Positions 25,852-26,945 of a stretch of 26,945 bases of DNA are shown piece after piece. The notes below the pieces were generated by a model. That model worked only from the letters and a program-made list of their open reading frames with translations. It was not told the origin of the DNA and did no database searches. Within the stretch, counting starts at the first letter, position 1; each line of letters opens with the position of its first letter. Made by a program: the position numbers and the translations under genes. Origin of the DNA: Candidatus Latescibacterota bacterium (GTDB lineage Bacteria > Latescibacterota > UBA2968); assembly GCA_038279365.1 (NCBI GenBank), contig JAYODI010000071.1, positions 1 to 26,945 of the forward strand. Direction: 5' to 3'.

Positions 25852-26945
25852 TGTTTGGACAAAATAAAAAGAAACGAGACCGCCGAATACCCCAAGCCCC
25901 TCACTGGTGGCAAGCACAAGGGAACAATATTATTAAAACCTGCTTACTTCTTTTAACAGCAGGGCTCATTACGGCATTGTTCCCTTCAAGCCAATACCAT
26001 GAATATTCAAATTTTAGGGAAGGCGCAATTGCGCCTGAAGAAATCATTGCTCCCCAGACTTTTTCTGTGTTAAAACGCCAAGAAGAATATGCCCAAGAAA
26101 CACTTTCCGCAAAAAATGCAATTGCACCCATAGTATTGCTGGACAAAGAGATACAAAATCAAAAATTGTCCGATTTTAATAATTTCTTTAAAATGATTCA
26201 GGCCATTCAGCCCCAAACACATTCAGATTCTCTCATACTCAACATTCGGCAAGGCCATGCCGCATTAGGGGCCCTCTCAGAGTCTACATTTCAAGAACTG
26301 TTTACGGCCAGTCAACAATCACCCAAAACACTTCAAAAAATAGCTTCAATCTCTCGGGATATTTTGCAACAAGCTTACCAACAAGGCATTCTTCAACAGA
26401 AAAAAAATACTCTTAATCATCGTGAGATCACCCGAATCACATCCAATTCTCAAGAACGCCTGTTGCTTGAAAATATTTTGGACCAAGAAACGTTTACCCA
26501 AGGTCTCCAAGAACGCATCCGTTCACAATGGGCAAATGCAACAGCCGCCCAAATTAAGAGCATCTATGAGCTTATATTGGCGTATCTCTCCCCCAATCTC
26601 AGTTATGACCCAGTTGAAACCGAACGACTAAGACAAGAAGCCGCTGATCATATATCCCGTATTAAAGGTACCGTTCTTAAAGGTGAGCGCATTGTAGATG
26701 AACACGACCGTATCACCCCAGACCACATAGACAAACTCAACTCTTTAGCGCTTTATATTAACAGTCGCCAACAAGAAGACCCACTCATATACGTTATGCA
26801 AACAGGTGCACAAGCCATCATCAGCATACTTTTGTTGGCCATAGTATTTGGCTTTCTCAGCATTGTAAAACCTGCCGTATATAAGCGCATTTCCAATATC
26901 ATCTTGTTTGATATTATCATTTTAACCCCCTGCCTTGTTGCTTAT
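25851..26945 (+). CDS. 7TM receptor/HD phosphohydrolase (PgpH/YqfF-like), N-terminal TM and extracellular domain; 3'-partial
   Basis: Manual translation from the ATG overlapping the phoH stop (TGATG) is open to the window end. It reads MFGQNKKK..., a TM helix, EGAIAPEEIIAPQTF, PNLSYDPVETERLRQEA, VLKGERIVDEHDRIT, then further TM helices. This gene's usual position is after phoH. The HD domain lies outside the window. Confidence 0.82.
   Translation, partial: MFGQNKKKRDRRIPQAPHWWQAQGNNIIKTCLLLLTAGLITALFPSSQYHEYSNFREGAIAPEEIIAPQTFSVLKRQEEYAQETLSAKNAIAPIVLLDKEIQNQKLSDFNNFFKMIQAIQPQTHSDSLILNIRQGHAALGALSESTFQELFTASQQSPKTLQKIASISRDILQQAYQQGILQQKKNTLNHREITRITSNSQERLLLENILDQETFTQGLQERIRSQWANATAAQIKSIYELILAYLSPNLSYDPVETERLRQEAADHISRIKGTVLKGERIVDEHDRITPDHIDKLNSLALYINSRQQEDPLIYVMQTGAQAIISILLLAIVFGFLSIVKPAVYKRISNIILFDIIILTPCLVAY

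Noticed and set aside
26400-26407. A8 homopolymer as a phase-variation or frameshift site
   Set aside because: The reading frame is intact through it, and short A/T runs are common throughout this sequence.
1-26945. CRISPR arrays, tRNA/rRNA genes, transposases, integrases, phage or anti-phage defence genes
   Set aside because: No repeat-spacer periodicity, cloverleaf or matching protein motifs were found by eye. All intergenic gaps are about 210 bp or less.

Overview
A gene-dense bacterial chromosomal window of moderate GC, read from the sequence and the ORF track only. I found no rRNA, tRNA, CRISPR array, transposase or phage gene. The left half is an apparently single minus-strand operon of about 11.4 kb. 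It runs from a sigma70-like promoter at ~11.65 kb through two extended-SDR genes, a Zn-dependent phospholipase C-like hydrolase, two paralogous membrane-anchored family-5 substrate-binding proteins, Opp/Dpp-type permeases and ATPases and a VOC protein, ending at a bidirectional terminator shared with a convergent receiver-domain gene. The middle holds a YtnP-like MBL hydrolase, a HEAT-repeat lipoprotein, a classical SDR, a stand-alone Cys-rich protein of unknown function and an asymmetric heterodimeric ABC exporter. The right part is housekeeping: an RNase HII-YraN fusion, hisS, a probably non-discriminating aspS, a coiled-coil lipoprotein plus double-LysM protein pair, phoH, and the 5' part of a PgpH/YqfF-like 7TM-HD gene that the ORF track missed. 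The most interesting candidate for an undescribed system is the lipoprotein/LysM pair: each mature protein has one free Cys at the same coiled-coil core position, suggesting a disulfide-stapled membrane-to-peptidoglycan tether. Next come the orphan uptake/catabolism operon, the multi-domain metal-binding orphan and a ~140 bp MITE/REP-like element. All family assignments come from motif recognition, not database searches.
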